The notes beneath the pieces are model-generated. The model ran no database searches, was not told the DNA's origin, and worked only from the letters and a program-made list of their open reading frames with translations. Below, in pieces: positions 20,510-32,000 of a DNA stretch of 32,000 nucleotides (position 1 is the stretch's first letter; each line of letters starts with the position of its first letter). Origin of the DNA: Sulfuricella denitrificans skB26 (lineage in GTDB: Bacteria > Pseudomonadota > Gammaproteobacteria > Burkholderiales > Sulfuricellaceae). The position numbers and the translations under genes were made by a program. The stretch spans positions 3,097,666-3,129,665 of the forward strand of contig NC_022357.1 of NCBI RefSeq assembly GCF_000297055.2, read 5' to 3'.

Positions 20510-22045
20510 TCAATAAACGGCGCTGGCTTTGAAATCATCGATCGCCGCGCTCAACGCTTTTTCTGCTTCAGCGTCCATTTCCTTGGTTTCTTCGATCTTG
20601 TCTCGCAACGCGCTGTACTTGCTCTTGATGAAAGCGTGCAAAGCAGCCTCGAAGGCCAGCGCTTTTTTCACGTCAACATCGTCAAGATAACCCTTGTTCA
20701 CGGCAAACAAGGTTAGCGCCGTGTCCGCTACGGTCATCGGAGCGAACTGGGCCTGCTTCATAAGCTCGGTAACCATTTTGCCGCGTTCCAGCTGCTTGCG
20801 GGTTGCCTCGTCAAGGTCGGACGCAAACTGCGCGAACGCTGCCAGCTCGCGGTACTGCGCCAGCGCCATACGAATACCGCCGCCCAGCTTCTTGATCACC
20901 TTGGTCTGCGCCGCTCCACCGACGCGGGACACGGAAAGACCGGCATTGATTGCGGGACGAATCCCGGCGTTGAACAAGTCGGTTTCCAGAAAGATCTGAC
21001 CGTCGGTAATCGAAATCACGTTGGTCGGAACGAACGCCGAAACGTCGCCGGCCTGGGTTTCGATAATCGGCAGCGCGGTGAGCGAGCCTGTCTTGCCTTT
21101 TACCCCGGAACGCTTTTCCACGTCTTCCGCGTTGATGCGCGCAGCGCGCTCGAGCAGACGGGAGTGCAAGTAGAACACATCACCCGGGTAAGCCTCGCGA
21201 CCAGGCGGACGCCGCAGCAACAGGGAAATCTGGCGGTAGGCCCAAGCCTGCTTGGTGAGGTCGTCATAAATGATCAGGGCGTCCTGACCACGGTCGCGGA
21301 AATATTCGCCCATCGAGCAACCCGAATAGGGTGCGATGTACTGCATTGCCGCCGAGTCAGAGGCGGTTGCGGCCACTACAATAGTGTGGCCCATGGCGCC
21401 GTGCTCTTCCAACTTGCGCACCACGTTGATAATGCTCGACGCTTTCTGACCGATAGCCACGTAGATGCAGATTACCCCGGTGCCCTTCTGATTAATGATG
21501 GCATCCACGGCCACGGCGGTTTTGCCGGTTTGCCGGTCGCCAATAATTAGTTCTCGCTGACCGCGGCCGATCGGCACCATGGCGTCAATTGACTTGAGGC
21601 CGGTTTGTACTGGTTGAGACACGGACTGGCGAGCAATAACACCGGGAGCAATTTTTTCGATCGGGGATTTTTCGGTGGTGTTGATCGGCCCTTTGCCGTC
21701 AATCGGCTGACCCAACGAGTTCACCACGCGTCCCATCAGTGCTTCACCGACCGGCACCTCCAGAATGCGGCCGGTACACTTGACGGTGTCGCCTTCAGTA
21801 ATGTGCTCGTATTCGCCCAACACCACGGCGCCAACCGAGTCTCGCTCAAGATTGAGTGCAAGGCCGAAGGTGTTACCGGGAAATTCCAGCATCTCACCCT
21901 GCATTGCGTCACTCAGGCCATGAACTCGGACGATACCGTCGGTAACCGACACTACCGTGCCCTGATTCCGCGCCTCGGCCGTGGTGGCCAGGTTTTCGAT
22001 TTTGCTCTTGATCAGCTCACTGATCTCTGAAGGATTCAACTGCAT
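20510..22045 (-). CDS. atpA: F1 ATP synthase alpha subunit
   Basis: 511 aa with Walker A GDRQTGKT, in the expected operon position. Confidence 0.95.
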   Translation of the reverse strand: MQLNPSEISELIKSKIENLATTAEARNQGTVVSVTDGIVRVHGLSDAMQGEMLEFPGNTFGLALNLERDSVGAVVLGEYEHITEGDTVKCTGRILEVPVGEALMGRVVNSLGQPIDGKGPINTTEKSPIEKIAPGVIARQSVSQPVQTGLKSIDAMVPIGRGQRELIIGDRQTGKTAVAVDAIINQKGTGVICIYVAIGQKASSIINVVRKLEEHGAMGHTIVVAATASDSAAMQYIAPYSGCSMGEYFRDRGQDALIIYDDLTKQAWAYRQISLLLRRPPGREAYPGDVFYLHSRLLERAARINAEDVEKRSGVKGKTGSLTALPIIETQAGDVSAFVPTNVISITDGQIFLETDLFNAGIRPAINAGLSVSRVGGAAQTKVIKKLGGGIRMALAQYRELAAFAQFASDLDEATRKQLERGKMVTELMKQAQFAPMTVADTALTLFAVNKGYLDDVDVKKALAFEAALHAFIKSKYSALRDKIEETKEMDAEAEKALSAAIDDFKASAVY

Positions 22046-22053
22046 GATCTCTC

Positions 22054-22590
22054 CTAACTTTTGAGCGTAAACGCCATGTTTTGTAATTGGCCGCGCACCG
22101 ATGCGTCAATCACGACGTCGCCCGCTACGATTCTGACACCGCCGATCAGTCCGGGGTCCAGGGTTACGGTCGCCTCAACTTTGCGCTTGTATTTGGTTTC
22201 CAAGCGACGCACTAAATCTTCTTTCTCTGCGTCACTCAGGGGATAGGCACTGAAAATCTCGGTGTCCATGACGCCGCCGTGCAGTGCCCGTAGCAGCTCG
22301 AACTGCTCGCGGATGACCGGCAACAAGGTCAGCCGGCCATTCTCCAGCAGCAGCTTTACCATGTTTACGCCTTGTGCATCGATACTCTTTTCGCACACGG
22401 CAAGAAACGCGTTTCGCTGTTGTTCCGCCGTCAGCCGGGGGTTGCCGATCACCGCCTGCATCTGCGGGTCGTTAACAACCGTTGAAGCAAACTCCAGCAT
22501 CTGCGACCACTTATCGAGTGCGTCACCCTGCTCGGCGATGCGGTAAACCGCTTCGGCATAGGGTCTGGCTATGGTAGTGACTTCTGCCAT
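22054..22590 (-). CDS. atpH: F1 ATP synthase delta subunit (OSCP)
   Basis: 178 aa with the typical [14 protein letters not shown]... start, located between atpF and atpA. Confidence 0.9.
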   Translation of the reverse strand: MAEVTTIARPYAEAVYRIAEQGDALDKWSQMLEFASTVVNDPQMQAVIGNPRLTAEQQRNAFLAVCEKSIDAQGVNMVKLLLENGRLTLLPVIREQFELLRALHGGVMDTEIFSAYPLSDAEKEDLVRRLETKYKRKVEATVTLDPGLIGGVRIVAGDVVIDASVRGQLQNMAFTLKS

Positions 22591-22597
22591 GATGTCT

Positions 22598-23068
22598 CTA
22601 TAGCTCGCTCTTGATCGATGTCAGGAGTTCGGCGTGCACCTTGGCATCTATTTCTCGACGAAGGATTTTCTCCGCGCCGGCGATCGCCAGATCGGCCACC
22701 TGCTGGCGCAAACTTTCCTTGGCCCGATGGACTTCCTGCTCTATTTCAGCTTTAGCCCCAGCAACGAGACGGTCGCCTTCATCCTTGGCGTGCCCTTTGG
22801 CCTCATCGATGATTTGAGCTGCGCGCTTCTCAGCCTGGGCGATCACATCAGCCGCTTTCTGCTTGGCTTCATGCATGCCCTCAGTAGCACGACGGGAGGC
22901 CAACTCCAGCTCGTGCTTTCCGCGCTCACCGGCGGCCAATCCATCGGCGATGACCTGCTTGCGCGCGGTCAACACCTGCATGATGGGCGGCCAGACAAAC
23001 CTCATGCAGAACCAGACGAACATGATAAACATGATCGTTTGCCCGAGAAGGGTTGCATTGATATTCAT
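22598..23068 (-). CDS. atpF: F0 ATP synthase subunit b
   Basis: 156 aa with a single N-terminal TM helix followed by a long charged Ala/Glu/Lys-rich helix. Confidence 0.9.
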   Translation of the reverse strand: MNINATLLGQTIMFIMFVWFCMRFVWPPIMQVLTARKQVIADGLAAGERGKHELELASRRATEGMHEAKQKAADVIAQAEKRAAQIIDEAKGHAKDEGDRLVAGAKAEIEQEVHRAKESLRQQVADLAIAGAEKILRREIDAKVHAELLTSIKSEL

Positions 23069-23105
23069 GCAGGAACCTTTCTTGTATTAAGAATGACTAT
23101 CAGCC

Positions 23106-24247
<1,142 letters not shown>

Positions 24248-24616
24248 TTATTGTTTCTCTATTCCACTGAATATTGTCGAAAATACCAAGGTCAACTGCC
24301 CCAAAACAAAACCGATCAGCAAAGGCACCGGCATCAGCTTCAACCATCCCAATCCCGCCACTATCAGCAGCGCGACCATCAAAAAACGCTCCATGCTGAA
24401 GCGTACCAACCAAGCCAGTTCCTGACGCGCTTCTTGCACTGGCCGCTGCGCACCGGCACGCATGCACCAGATCAGAAACAGCGCATTTGCCACGGCTACC
24501 GCGCCACCAAAAAATGCCGCAACAGCAACATTTCTTTCCTGCCAGATTAGCAACAACGATGCGCCAAGAATCACCGTAGCAGCCTGCACACCGACCGCCC
24601 CGTAACCTACGCCCAT
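24248..24616 (-). CDS. atpI: ATP synthase accessory protein AtpI
   Basis: Small hydrophobic ORF directly abutting atpB, in the first position of the operon. The start is ambiguous (ATG 24616 or TTG 24622) and there is no strong Shine-Dalgarno. Confidence 0.7.
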   Translation of the reverse strand: MGVGYGAVGVQAATVILGASLLLIWQERNVAVAAFFGGAVAVANALFLIWCMRAGAQRPVQEARQELAWLVRFSMERFLMVALLIVAGLGWLKLMPVPLLIGFVLGQLTLVFSTIFSGIEKQ

Positions 24617-24650
24617 TTGCAAATCGCAGTCAGAAATAAAAAGTGACGCG

Positions 24651-24680
24651 ATTTTAATCCCTCCTTGACCCGCTCGTCAA
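24651..24680 (-). promoter_or_regulatory. candidate sigma70 promoter of the atp operon
   Basis: On the minus strand: TTGACG (24680-24675), an 18-nt spacer, then TAAAAT (24656-24651), about 30 nt upstream of the atpI start. An AT-rich tract (about 24720-24800) lies further upstream and could act as an UP element. Sequence match only. Confidence 0.45.
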
Positions 24681-24805
24681 TTTAAGGGCATTCCAGAAGC
24701 TCGCTCAGCCGAGCATTTTATTCAGGACCTTAACATCAGATTACAGGCAATTTAATATGTAGGCAAATAATTATATTCTTATATGTACAGAAGAAATTCT
24801 ACACA

Positions 24806-25654
24806 TCATCTTTCGCTCAGTCGACCAATAATATTGTCCAGTTGCTCCAGGCTATCGTAATTAATGATCAGCTTACCCCGGCCCTTATTTTGTGTTTTTA
24901 GCGTTACTATAGCACCCAATTTTTCCGCCAAATCTTCCTGTAACCTTAAAATATCCCGGTCCGGCCTGGTCTTAGGCTTTGAGTTCGCCGGTTGTTGCTG
25001 ACGCTGAACCAGCCTTTCCGCTTCGCGCACAGACAACCCTTTGCCCACAATCTCATTGGCCACCGTAATTTGTCCCACATTAGGCAGGCTTAGCAACGCT
25101 CTGGCATGCCCCATGTCGAGTTGATTGTGCATCAGCAGCTCCTGCACCGGTGCTGCCAGATTGAGCAGGCGCAACAGATTGCTTACCGCGCTACGCGATC
25201 GCCCTACCGCTTCAGCGGCTAGCTGGTGGGTCATATCAAACTCGTTAATCAGGCGCTGGATTCCCGTAGCCTCCTCCAGCGGATTGAGGTTCTCACGCTG
25301 AATATTCTCGATCAACGACATTGCCAATGCCGCCTCATCCGCCACCACCCGCACCAGCACCGGCACTTCTGTCAGCCCGGCAAGCCGAGCTGCGCGCCAA
25401 CGCCGCTCGCCGGCAATAATTTCATAGCTGCCCGCAATCAGCGCCCTGGCCAGTATGGGCTGCATGATGCCCTGGGATTTGATGGATTCGGCCAATTCCG
25501 CCAGGGATTCCTGGTCCATGTGGGTGCGCGGCTGATATTTTCCTGGCTGAAGCTGATCCAGCTGTAAATTTTGCAGCCTATCTTTATTTTCTTCTTCACC
25601 GCCGCCAGCCAGCAGTGCATCAAGACCACGTCCCAACCCCTTCATTTTTACCAT
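24806..25654 (-). CDS. parB: chromosome partitioning protein ParB
   Basis: 282 aa with an N-terminal GLGRGLDALL box, the IIAGERRWRAA motif and an HTH segment. It lies immediately downstream of parA. Confidence 0.92.
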   Translation of the reverse strand: MVKMKGLGRGLDALLAGGGEEENKDRLQNLQLDQLQPGKYQPRTHMDQESLAELAESIKSQGIMQPILARALIAGSYEIIAGERRWRAARLAGLTEVPVLVRVVADEAALAMSLIENIQRENLNPLEEATGIQRLINEFDMTHQLAAEAVGRSRSAVSNLLRLLNLAAPVQELLMHNQLDMGHARALLSLPNVGQITVANEIVGKGLSVREAERLVQRQQQPANSKPKTRPDRDILRLQEDLAEKLGAIVTLKTQNKGRGKLIINYDSLEQLDNIIGRLSER

Positions 25655-25661
25655 TTCCCCC

Positions 25662-26420
25662 TCACTTTCTTACCATTTCGCCAGCCAGCGCCAAATACGC
25701 CTGCGCGCCTTTCGATGTTTTGTCGTGATACAACACCGGCACACCATAGCTGGGCGCTTCTGCCAGCCGGACATTACGCGGAATCACGGTGCGATAGACC
25801 TTATCGCCAAAATGCCGCTGCAGTTGCTCTGACACCTGCTGTGCGAGGGTATTCCTCGGATCGAACATGGTCCGCAGCAAACCCTCGATTTCCAGCTGCG
25901 GGTTCAGGCTGGCACGCACCCGCTTAATGGTCTGCACCAGATCGCTCAGACCCTCCAGGGCGTAATATTCGCACTGCATCGGGATCATCACCGCCTGCGC
26001 AGCGCAAAGGCCGTTCACCGTAAGCAAGTTAAGTGCCGGCGGACAGTCGATCAGCACAAAATCGTAATCTGCCTCAATGTTTGCCAGGGCATTTTTAAGC
26101 CGTTTTTCCCGATGCGGCAAATCCACCAGTTCGACCTCCGCGCCCGCCAATTCGCGGTTGGAAGGGATCAGGTCAAACTTGCCGCAGGTGTTGGTGATAC
26201 GCACCTCCGCGATGCTCTTTTCCTCCAGCAGCACATGATATACCGTCTGCGTCAGAGCCATTTTGTCGACACCACAACCCATGGTGGCGTTGCCTTGCGG
26301 ATCAAGGTCGATCAGCAACACACGACGTTTGGTTGCCGCCAAGCTGGCCGCAAGATTGACCGTGGTGGTGGTCTTCCCCACACCTCCTTTTTGATTTGTA
26401 ATTGCGAGTACTTTTGCCAT
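25662..26420 (-). CDS. parA: chromosome partitioning ATPase ParA (Soj)
   Basis: MAKVLAITNQKGGVGKTTTTVNLAASLA deviant Walker A, LLIDLDPQGNAT and VLIDCPPAL. ATG 26420 is preferred to the adjacent GTG 26423. Confidence 0.93.
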   Translation of the reverse strand: MAKVLAITNQKGGVGKTTTTVNLAASLAATKRRVLLIDLDPQGNATMGCGVDKMALTQTVYHVLLEEKSIAEVRITNTCGKFDLIPSNRELAGAEVELVDLPHREKRLKNALANIEADYDFVLIDCPPALNLLTVNGLCAAQAVMIPMQCEYYALEGLSDLVQTIKRVRASLNPQLEIEGLLRTMFDPRNTLAQQVSEQLQRHFGDKVYRTVIPRNVRLAEAPSYGVPVLYHDKTSKGAQAYLALAGEMVRK

Positions 26421-26429
26421 CACTCCACC

Positions 26430-27071
26430 CTAACCCATTGCTTCCATTTTTATCGGTCGCAGCAAAACCAGATGCCGTTCGGCATCCAGGCTCGGCACCT
26501 TGAGCGGCTCTACTCCCTGCAATACAACGGTAGCCGGCAATCGGGTCAACTCCTCATAGGGATAAACCCCCTTCATTGCCAGCATCAGCCCCGTATTACT
26601 ACATAAATGCAACGCCAAGCCGACGAACTCGGCCAAATCAGAAAATGCCCGAGAAATCACTACATCGTATTTTTCTTCCGGCCGCCATGCCTCTACCCTT
26701 TCGCAGACTACTGTCGTGTTCTTCAAGCCCAACTCCAGACAGGCTTGCCGGAGAAAACTGGTTTTTTTATGGTTGCTGTCCAGCAGGGTAACCTCAAGCG
26801 ACGGATTCGCCAGTGCCAAGGGGATTCCCGGCAGACCGGGCCCGGTTCCGACATCAATGATTCGGCACCCGTCGATATGCGGTAAAACCGCCAGGCTATC
26901 GAGCAAATGCTGGGTTACCATTTTTTGCGGATCACGCACGGCAGTCAGGTTATAAACCTGGTTCCATTTCTGTATGAGCTCAACATAGCTCAGCAATCTT
27001 GATTGCGTTGCCGGGTCTAAATCCAGGCCCATTTCCTCCAGACCACAGACTAATTTTTCTTCCGGGCTCAT
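26430..27071 (-). CDS. rsmG: 16S rRNA (guanine527-N7)-methyltransferase RsmG (GidB)
   Basis: 213 aa with the SAM-binding [16 protein letters not shown] motif. Its start overlaps the mnmG stop (ATGA at 27068-27071). Confidence 0.9.
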   Translation of the reverse strand: MSPEEKLVCGLEEMGLDLDPATQSRLLSYVELIQKWNQVYNLTAVRDPQKMVTQHLLDSLAVLPHIDGCRIIDVGTGPGLPGIPLALANPSLEVTLLDSNHKKTSFLRQACLELGLKNTTVVCERVEAWRPEEKYDVVISRAFSDLAEFVGLALHLCSNTGLMLAMKGVYPYEELTRLPATVVLQGVEPLKVPSLDAERHLVLLRPIKMEAMG

Positions 27072-28966
27072 GCGCTTTTCTTCTCGTCACTAATCTTCTG
27101 ACTACGCTTCAAGTACACCAGCAGTACAGAAATCGCCGCTGGCGTCACCCCGGAGATTCGCCCGGCTTGTCCCAGTGTTTCAGGCTTGTGCTGGTTAAGC
27201 TTCTGCTGCACCTCGATGGAGAGTCCATGCACCTCGCGGTAATCCAAACTCAGCGGCAAGACCATGGCTTCATAATGCTGATGACGGGCCACCTCCTCCT
27301 GCTGACGCGCGATGTAACCCTGGTACTTGGCTTGGATCTCAATTTGTTCGGCCACCTTTGAGTCTCCAACCCCCACACCGGCGCCCGTCAGCGTCATCAA
27401 GTCACTGTAGCTGACATCAGGCCGGCGCAGTAAATCCAATAACGAATACTCCCGCTCGATCCCCTTTCCCAGCACCCTTTCCGCATCTTCCTGGGGCAGC
27501 AACTTCGGATTAACCCATACACTTTTCAGTCGTTCCTGTTCGCGCGCGATAGCCTCACGCTTTTCCACGAAACACCGCCACCTCGCATCATCAACCACGC
27601 CGAGCAACCGCCCCGCTTCCGTCAATCGCAGATCAGCATTATCCTCGCGCAACATCAACCGGTATTCGGCGCGACTGGTAAACATGCGGTAAGGCTCAAC
27701 CACGCCACGGGTGATCAGGTCATCCACCATCACCCCGAGATAGGCCTGATCCCGGCCGGGATACCAAGCTTCTTTTCCCTGTGCCGACAACCCAGCATTA
27801 ATACCCGCCAGGATTCCCTGCGCTGCGGCTTCTTCATAACCGGTTGTCCCATTAATCTGGCCCGCGAAGAATAGTCCCTGTATTGCCTTGGTTTCCAATG
27901 AGTGTTTCAGCCCGAGTGGGTCGAAAAAATCGTACTCTATTGCGTAGCCAGGCCGAGTAATGTGTGCATTTTCAAAGCCTTGTATAGACCGCACCAGCTC
28001 TACCTGTACATCGAAAGGCAAGCTGGTAGAGATGCCGTTGGGATAGATTTCATGGGTATTCAGCCCTTCCGGCTCAACGAAAATCTGGTGTGAATCCTTG
28101 CCGGAAAAACGCATGATCTTGTCTTCAATAGACGGACAATAGCGTGGCCCCACCCCCTCTATCACACCCGTGTAAAGCGGCGAGCGGTCCAGCCCGCCAC
28201 GGATAATATCGTGAGTACGCAGATTGGTCTGAGTGATCCAGCATGGCAATTGGCGTGGATGCTGTGCGGAAGAGCCCAGGAAGGAAAATGCCGGCGCCGG
28301 GTCGTCGCCAGGTTGCTCCACCATCACCGAATAATCCAGACTGCGTCCATCGATACGCGGCGGCGTGCCCGTCTTAAAACGCTTCACTGGCAATTGAATC
28401 TCGCGCAACCGTTGCGCCAAGGTGATCGAAGGGGGGTCTCCGGCGCGCCCTGCCTGATAATTCGATTGTCCAACATGGACCAGGCCTGCCAGGAACGTGC
28501 CTGCCGTTAACACCACGGCCTTGGCCTGAAAACGCAAACCCAGCTGGGTAATCACGCCCATCACACGGTCTTGCTCAAGAATCAGGTCATCAACCGCCTG
28601 CTGGAACAGCCACAGATTGGGTTGACTCTCCAGTCGACCCCGAATCGCCTGCCGATACAGGACGCGGTCAGCCTGCGCGCGCGTTGCCCGCACCGCCGGC
28701 CCCTTGCTGGAATTGAGGATGCGAAACTGGATGCCCGCTTCATCTGTCGCTGCCGCCATGGCTCCGCCCAGAGCATCGACCTCCTTCACCAAATGACCCT
28801 TGCCAATACCGCCGATCGAGGGATTACACGACATTTGGCCGAGCGTTTCGATGTTATGCGTCAACAATAGCGTTTTCAGCCCCATGCGGGCGCTGGCTAG
28901 CGCGGCTTCCGTTCCTGCATGGCCGCCGCCGATCACAATAACATCAAACTGGGAGGGATAAAGCAT
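27068..28966 (-). CDS. mnmG: tRNA uridine 5-carboxymethylaminomethyl modification enzyme MnmG (GidA)
   Basis: Start reset to ATG 28966 ([25 protein letters not shown]-binding GGGHAG). The sequence is GidA-like over its full length. Confidence 0.95.
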   Translation of the reverse strand: MLYPSQFDVIVIGGGHAGTEAALASARMGLKTLLLTHNIETLGQMSCNPSIGGIGKGHLVKEVDALGGAMAAATDEAGIQFRILNSSKGPAVRATRAQADRVLYRQAIRGRLESQPNLWLFQQAVDDLILEQDRVMGVITQLGLRFQAKAVVLTAGTFLAGLVHVGQSNYQAGRAGDPPSITLAQRLREIQLPVKRFKTGTPPRIDGRSLDYSVMVEQPGDDPAPAFSFLGSSAQHPRQLPCWITQTNLRTHDIIRGGLDRSPLYTGVIEGVGPRYCPSIEDKIMRFSGKDSHQIFVEPEGLNTHEIYPNGISTSLPFDVQVELVRSIQGFENAHITRPGYAIEYDFFDPLGLKHSLETKAIQGLFFAGQINGTTGYEEAAAQGILAGINAGLSAQGKEAWYPGRDQAYLGVMVDDLITRGVVEPYRMFTSRAEYRLMLREDNADLRLTEAGRLLGVVDDARWRCFVEKREAIAREQERLKSVWVNPKLLPQEDAERVLGKGIEREYSLLDLLRRPDVSYSDLMTLTGAGVGVGDSKVAEQIEIQAKYQGYIARQQEEVARHQHYEAMVLPLSLDYREVHGLSIEVQQKLNQHKPETLGQAGRISGVTPAAISVLLVYLKRSQKISDEKKSA

Positions 28967-28976
28967 GGTCAACCGG

Positions 28977-28996
28977 GAGTGCGAAATGAGTGCGAA
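28977..28996. repeat. tandem direct repeat GAGTGCGAA-AT-GAGTGCGAA (11-bp period)
   Basis: Exact 9-mer at 28977-28985 and 28988-28996, in the 66-bp mnmE-mnmG spacer. Confidence 0.6.
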
Positions 28997-29024
28997 TCAT
29001 AACCCAAAAAGGCTATTGTTTCAC
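28996..29024 (-). promoter_or_regulatory. candidate mnmG promoter
   Basis: On the minus strand: GTGAAA (29024-29019, inside parS), a 17-nt spacer, then TATGAT (29001-28996). Weak motif match only. Confidence 0.3.
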
Positions 29025-29032
29025 GTGAAACG
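29017..29032. promoter_or_regulatory. parS: parS centromere-like ParB binding site
   Basis: TGTTTCACGTGAAACG matches the widely conserved parS consensus TGTTNCACGTGAAACA at 15 of 16 positions. The core GTTTCACGTGAAAC (29018-29031) is a perfect 14-bp palindrome. Confidence 0.85.
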
Positions 29033-30373
29033 CTATTTTCCGATACAGAAACGGGAAAAGATCTCGCCCAGCAAATCGTCAGATGTAAATTCGCCGGTTA
29101 TACTGGAAAGTGCGTTCTGGGCTAACCGGAGCTCCTCCGCAAAAAACTCGACACGTCCTTCGCATGTGGCCGCCAGCGTCAATCGCTCCTTGGCTACGCG
29201 CAATGCGCTCAAGTGACGTTCGCGCGCAATGAACACACCCTCGCCACCCGTCTGCCAACCAACCACTCGCAACAGATGCTCATGTAACAGATCGACTCCC
29301 GCTCCCGTCTTCGCCGAGAGGTAAATGTCTACAGTCCCACCCACGACATCCACTCTGGGTTCTTGCCCAAGAAGGTCAACCTTATTGAATACACGAAGCA
29401 GCGGCAAACCTGATGGTAATTTGGTAATAATATCCAAGTCGACCGGCGCGATCCCTTTCGCAGCATCAATCAGGAGCAACGCCGCGTTAGCCTGCTGTAT
29501 CGCGCTCCAGGTGCGGGCAATACCGATTTTCTCAACTTCCTCATCGGTTTCTCGCAGGCCAGCAGTGTCAATAAAATGAAGCGCAACGCCCTCGATCTCG
29601 ATGTGTTGACGGATCGCATCACGAGTGGTTCCCGCCACGGGAGTGACGATTGACACTTCCTCGCCCGCAAGCTGATTAAGCAAACTGGATTTGCCCACAT
29701 TCGGCTGACCAATGAGGACGATATGCAAGCCCTCACGTAACAGGCTACCCTGCTTTGCCTGATGGAAGACCTTATCCAGCTGAGCGCTGATAGCGACTAG
29801 CTGGTTTAGCGCATTGGACTCTTCGAGAAAGTCGATCTCCTCTTCCGGGAAATCCAGGGTCGCCTCTACCAGCATACGCAGGCTGGTCAGTGCATCAACC
29901 AATTGGTGGATGGCATGGGAAAACTCTCCGCGGAGTGAGCGCATTGCGGTTTTGGCCGCCTCGACAGTGGCCGCATCGATCAGATCAGCAACACTTTCCG
30001 CTTGAGCCAGATCCATCTTGTCATTAAGAAAGGCGCGCTGGGTAAACTCTCCCGGCTCGGCGGGGCGTGCACCCAATTCCAGACAACGGCTAAGCACCCG
30101 GCGCAACACCGCGTCACCGCCGTGACCCTGCAGTTCGAGAACATCCTGGCCAGTATAGGAATGGGGGGCGGGGAAAGACAGTGCGATACCCTGATCGATC
30201 ACTTCCCCGTCGGCCCCGAGGAAATCGCTCAGCGTAGCGACACGGGGAAGCGAGTTTTTCCCTAGGATTTTCTTGGCGAAAACTCGCAGGTCTTCACCAG
30301 AAACACGCACCACGCCAATACCACCGCGGCCATGGGCAGTGGCAATTGCTGCGATGGTATCAGTGTTTACCAT
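29033..30373 (-). CDS. mnmE: tRNA modification GTPase MnmE (TrmE)
   Basis: Start reset to ATG 30373 ([26 protein letters not shown]). G-domain motifs GQPNVGKSS and DTAG are present, with a C-terminal FCIGK. It overlaps the yidC stop by 14 nt. Confidence 0.93.
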   Translation of the reverse strand: MVNTDTIAAIATAHGRGGIGVVRVSGEDLRVFAKKILGKNSLPRVATLSDFLGADGEVIDQGIALSFPAPHSYTGQDVLELQGHGGDAVLRRVLSRCLELGARPAEPGEFTQRAFLNDKMDLAQAESVADLIDAATVEAAKTAMRSLRGEFSHAIHQLVDALTSLRMLVEATLDFPEEEIDFLEESNALNQLVAISAQLDKVFHQAKQGSLLREGLHIVLIGQPNVGKSSLLNQLAGEEVSIVTPVAGTTRDAIRQHIEIEGVALHFIDTAGLRETDEEVEKIGIARTWSAIQQANAALLLIDAAKGIAPVDLDIITKLPSGLPLLRVFNKVDLLGQEPRVDVVGGTVDIYLSAKTGAGVDLLHEHLLRVVGWQTGGEGVFIARERHLSALRVAKERLTLAATCEGRVEFFAEELRLAQNALSSITGEFTSDDLLGEIFSRFCIGK

Positions 30374-32000
30374 GCCTTTTTGCGGCGACTTTTTCCTGCT
30401 CAACGCCGTGAGTGACATACCATTGCTGTGCAATCGACAGCGTATTGTTCACCACCCAGTACAGAACCAGGCCGGCGGGAAAGAAAAAGAAGAAAACGCT
30501 GAAAGCGATCGGCATAACCATCATCACTTTGGCCTGAATGGGGTCGGGTGGGGTCGGGTTAAGCTTGGTCTGAATGATCATCGTGATCCCCATCACGATC
30601 GGCAAGATGTAAAAGGGGTCGGGAGAAGACAGATCATGGATCCACAGCATGAACGGTGCCTGACGCATTTCGACACTATTCAGCAACGCCCAGTAAAGTG
30701 CGATAAATACCGGAATCTGCACCACGACCGGCAGACAACCCCCAAGCGGGTTGACCTTCTCGGTCTTGTACAGCTCCATCATGGCTGTATGCAACCTTTG
30801 CCGATCGTCGCCGTACTGCTCCTTGAGTTTTTGCAGTTTAGGCCCAAGAACTCGCATCTGCGCCATGGAGCGGTAGCTCTTTGCCGACAACGGATAGAAA
30901 GCCAGCTTGATCAGGATAGTCAGCAAAATGATTGCCGCCCCCCAGTTATGAACCAGCTTGTTAAGAAACGCCAGAACCCAGAACAGTGGCGCTGAAATTA
31001 CGGTCAGTATGCCGTAATCAACAACCAGATTGAGGCCGGGCGCAACCTTGCTGAGGTGGTCTTGCTCCTGCGGTCCCACATAAAGAGGTACCGTAACTTT
31101 CTTCACGGATCCTGGCTCAATCAAGCCTACAGGCAGAATCACACCCGCATCGTAAAGATCATCTCCCAGCTTTTTCGCATAATATTCACGCGGCTGGTTG
31201 GCGGGAAGCCATGCGCTAAGAAAATAATGCTGGACCATGGCGACCCAACCATCATCACTTTGCTTCGGATAGCTCGCTTTATTCTTATCAATATCGGAGA
31301 AGCTGATTTTGTTAAATTTATCTTTTTCAGTGTAAACAGCAAACCCAGTATAGGTCGAGACAAACTTGGGATTACCGAGTGGGGGCTGGCCATTTCTCAC
31401 TAACTGGAAATAGGCATGTGGCTCAAGTCGGGTTCCGCTGCCGTTGTTGATCTCGTAGGCAACATCAACTACGTAGCTACCTTTTCGAAAGGTAAAAATC
31501 TTGTCCACCTTGACGCCATTTGCACCCACCCAAGTCAGTCTTGCCTGTATTTCATTCGCCCCCTCGGCGAGCTTGTATTGGGTTGCCGCATTAGAAAATA
31601 GTGTCTTATGTGTTGGCAAATCATTGCCTATCAGGCCTGACTGAGCAATATAGAGGTGTTTCGGGTCGTCTTCCAGCAAGACAAAATTTTTGCTTTTATC
31701 CTGGGTGTCATGGTGCTTCAACAATTCCAGCCTGCGTACATCGCCACCAAGAGTGTCGATTTCAGCATAAATCAAATCTGTTTGTACCTTTACCCGTTCT
31801 CCTGATTGTAGCGGTCCACCAAAGTCCTTGGCAGGCGCGTCAGCAGGCAACGCCGTCGGGGAAGGCGTTTGGGATGTTCCCGCTTTTTCTTGCGCAACCT
31901 GACCAACCGGGGCAGGGTGCTGATCCTTTTGCCAGGTATCCCATAACATCAGAACGGAAAATGAAAAAACGATGAAAAGTATCAGACGTTGGGTGTCCAT
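30360..32000 (-). CDS. yidC: membrane protein insertase YidC
   Basis: 546 aa. The ATG is the last 3 nt of the window, so the CDS appears complete. It has an N-terminal TM helix, a large periplasmic domain and a conserved C-terminal 5-TM core (...[17 protein letters not shown]...). Confidence 0.93.
   Translation of the reverse strand: MDTQRLILFIVFSFSVLMLWDTWQKDQHPAPVGQVAQEKAGTSQTPSPTALPADAPAKDFGGPLQSGERVKVQTDLIYAEIDTLGGDVRRLELLKHHDTQDKSKNFVLLEDDPKHLYIAQSGLIGNDLPTHKTLFSNAATQYKLAEGANEIQARLTWVGANGVKVDKIFTFRKGSYVVDVAYEINNGSGTRLEPHAYFQLVRNGQPPLGNPKFVSTYTGFAVYTEKDKFNKISFSDIDKNKASYPKQSDDGWVAMVQHYFLSAWLPANQPREYYAKKLGDDLYDAGVILPVGLIEPGSVKKVTVPLYVGPQEQDHLSKVAPGLNLVVDYGILTVISAPLFWVLAFLNKLVHNWGAAIILLTILIKLAFYPLSAKSYRSMAQMRVLGPKLQKLKEQYGDDRQRLHTAMMELYKTEKVNPLGGCLPVVVQIPVFIALYWALLNSVEMRQAPFMLWIHDLSSPDPFYILPIVMGITMIIQTKLNPTPPDPIQAKVMMVMPIAFSVFFFFFPAGLVLYWVVNNTLSIAQQWYVTHGVEQEKVAAKRHGKH

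Noticed and set aside
20694-20709. parS-like sequence TTGTTCACGGCAAACA (12 of 16 matches)
   Set aside because: It lies inside atpA, the palindrome is broken in the core, and the match is within chance expectation.
24623-24805. AT-rich parB-atpI spacer considered as oriC or a DNA-unwinding element
   Set aside because: It is only about 180 bp, has no DnaA-box cluster or 13-mer repeats, and is adequately explained as the atp promoter plus an upstream AT-rich element.
30541-30559. Tandem 10-bp repeat GGGTCGGGTG/GGGTCGGGTT
   Set aside because: It lies inside yidC and simply encodes a Pro-rich PTPPDP stretch. Two copies only, with no array structure.

Overview
Moderately GC-rich proteobacterial chromosome segment. 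The gene order looks betaproteobacterial, but the species cannot be determined without a database search. Almost all of it is conserved housekeeping genes arranged in two convergent blocks. The plus-strand block (1-13.7 kb) holds gltB (5' end cut by the window edge), gltD, hemE, priA, argS, a SPOR-domain protein, dsbA, an orphan NarL/FixJ-type response regulator and a small degenerate GGDEF-like ORF. The minus-strand block (13.7-32 kb) is the classic origin-proximal array: yidC-mnmE, a parS site, mnmG-rsmG-parA-parB, atpIBEFHAGDC, an intrinsic terminator, then glmU-glmS followed by a second, orphan ParA-like ATPase tightly coupled to glmS. I saw no rRNA/tRNA genes, CRISPR arrays, transposases/integrases, phage genes or recognisable defence genes. 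I do not see a large novel multi-gene system here. The only non-core patch is 12.36-14.45 kb, between dsbA and glmS. It contains the orphan response regulator and a roughly 133-aa GGDEF-like ORF whose active site is destroyed (KDGQF) while its RxxD I-site is kept at canonical spacing. That ORF is split by a frame break and overlaps the orphan ParA-like gene tail-to-tail by 11 nt. This could be a small c-di-GMP-linked module, a decaying remnant, or partly an assembly artefact. Essential argS is also broken, by one extra A in an A7 run, which argues for homopolymer indel errors in the assembly. All family calls are motif recognition by eye, with no database search run.
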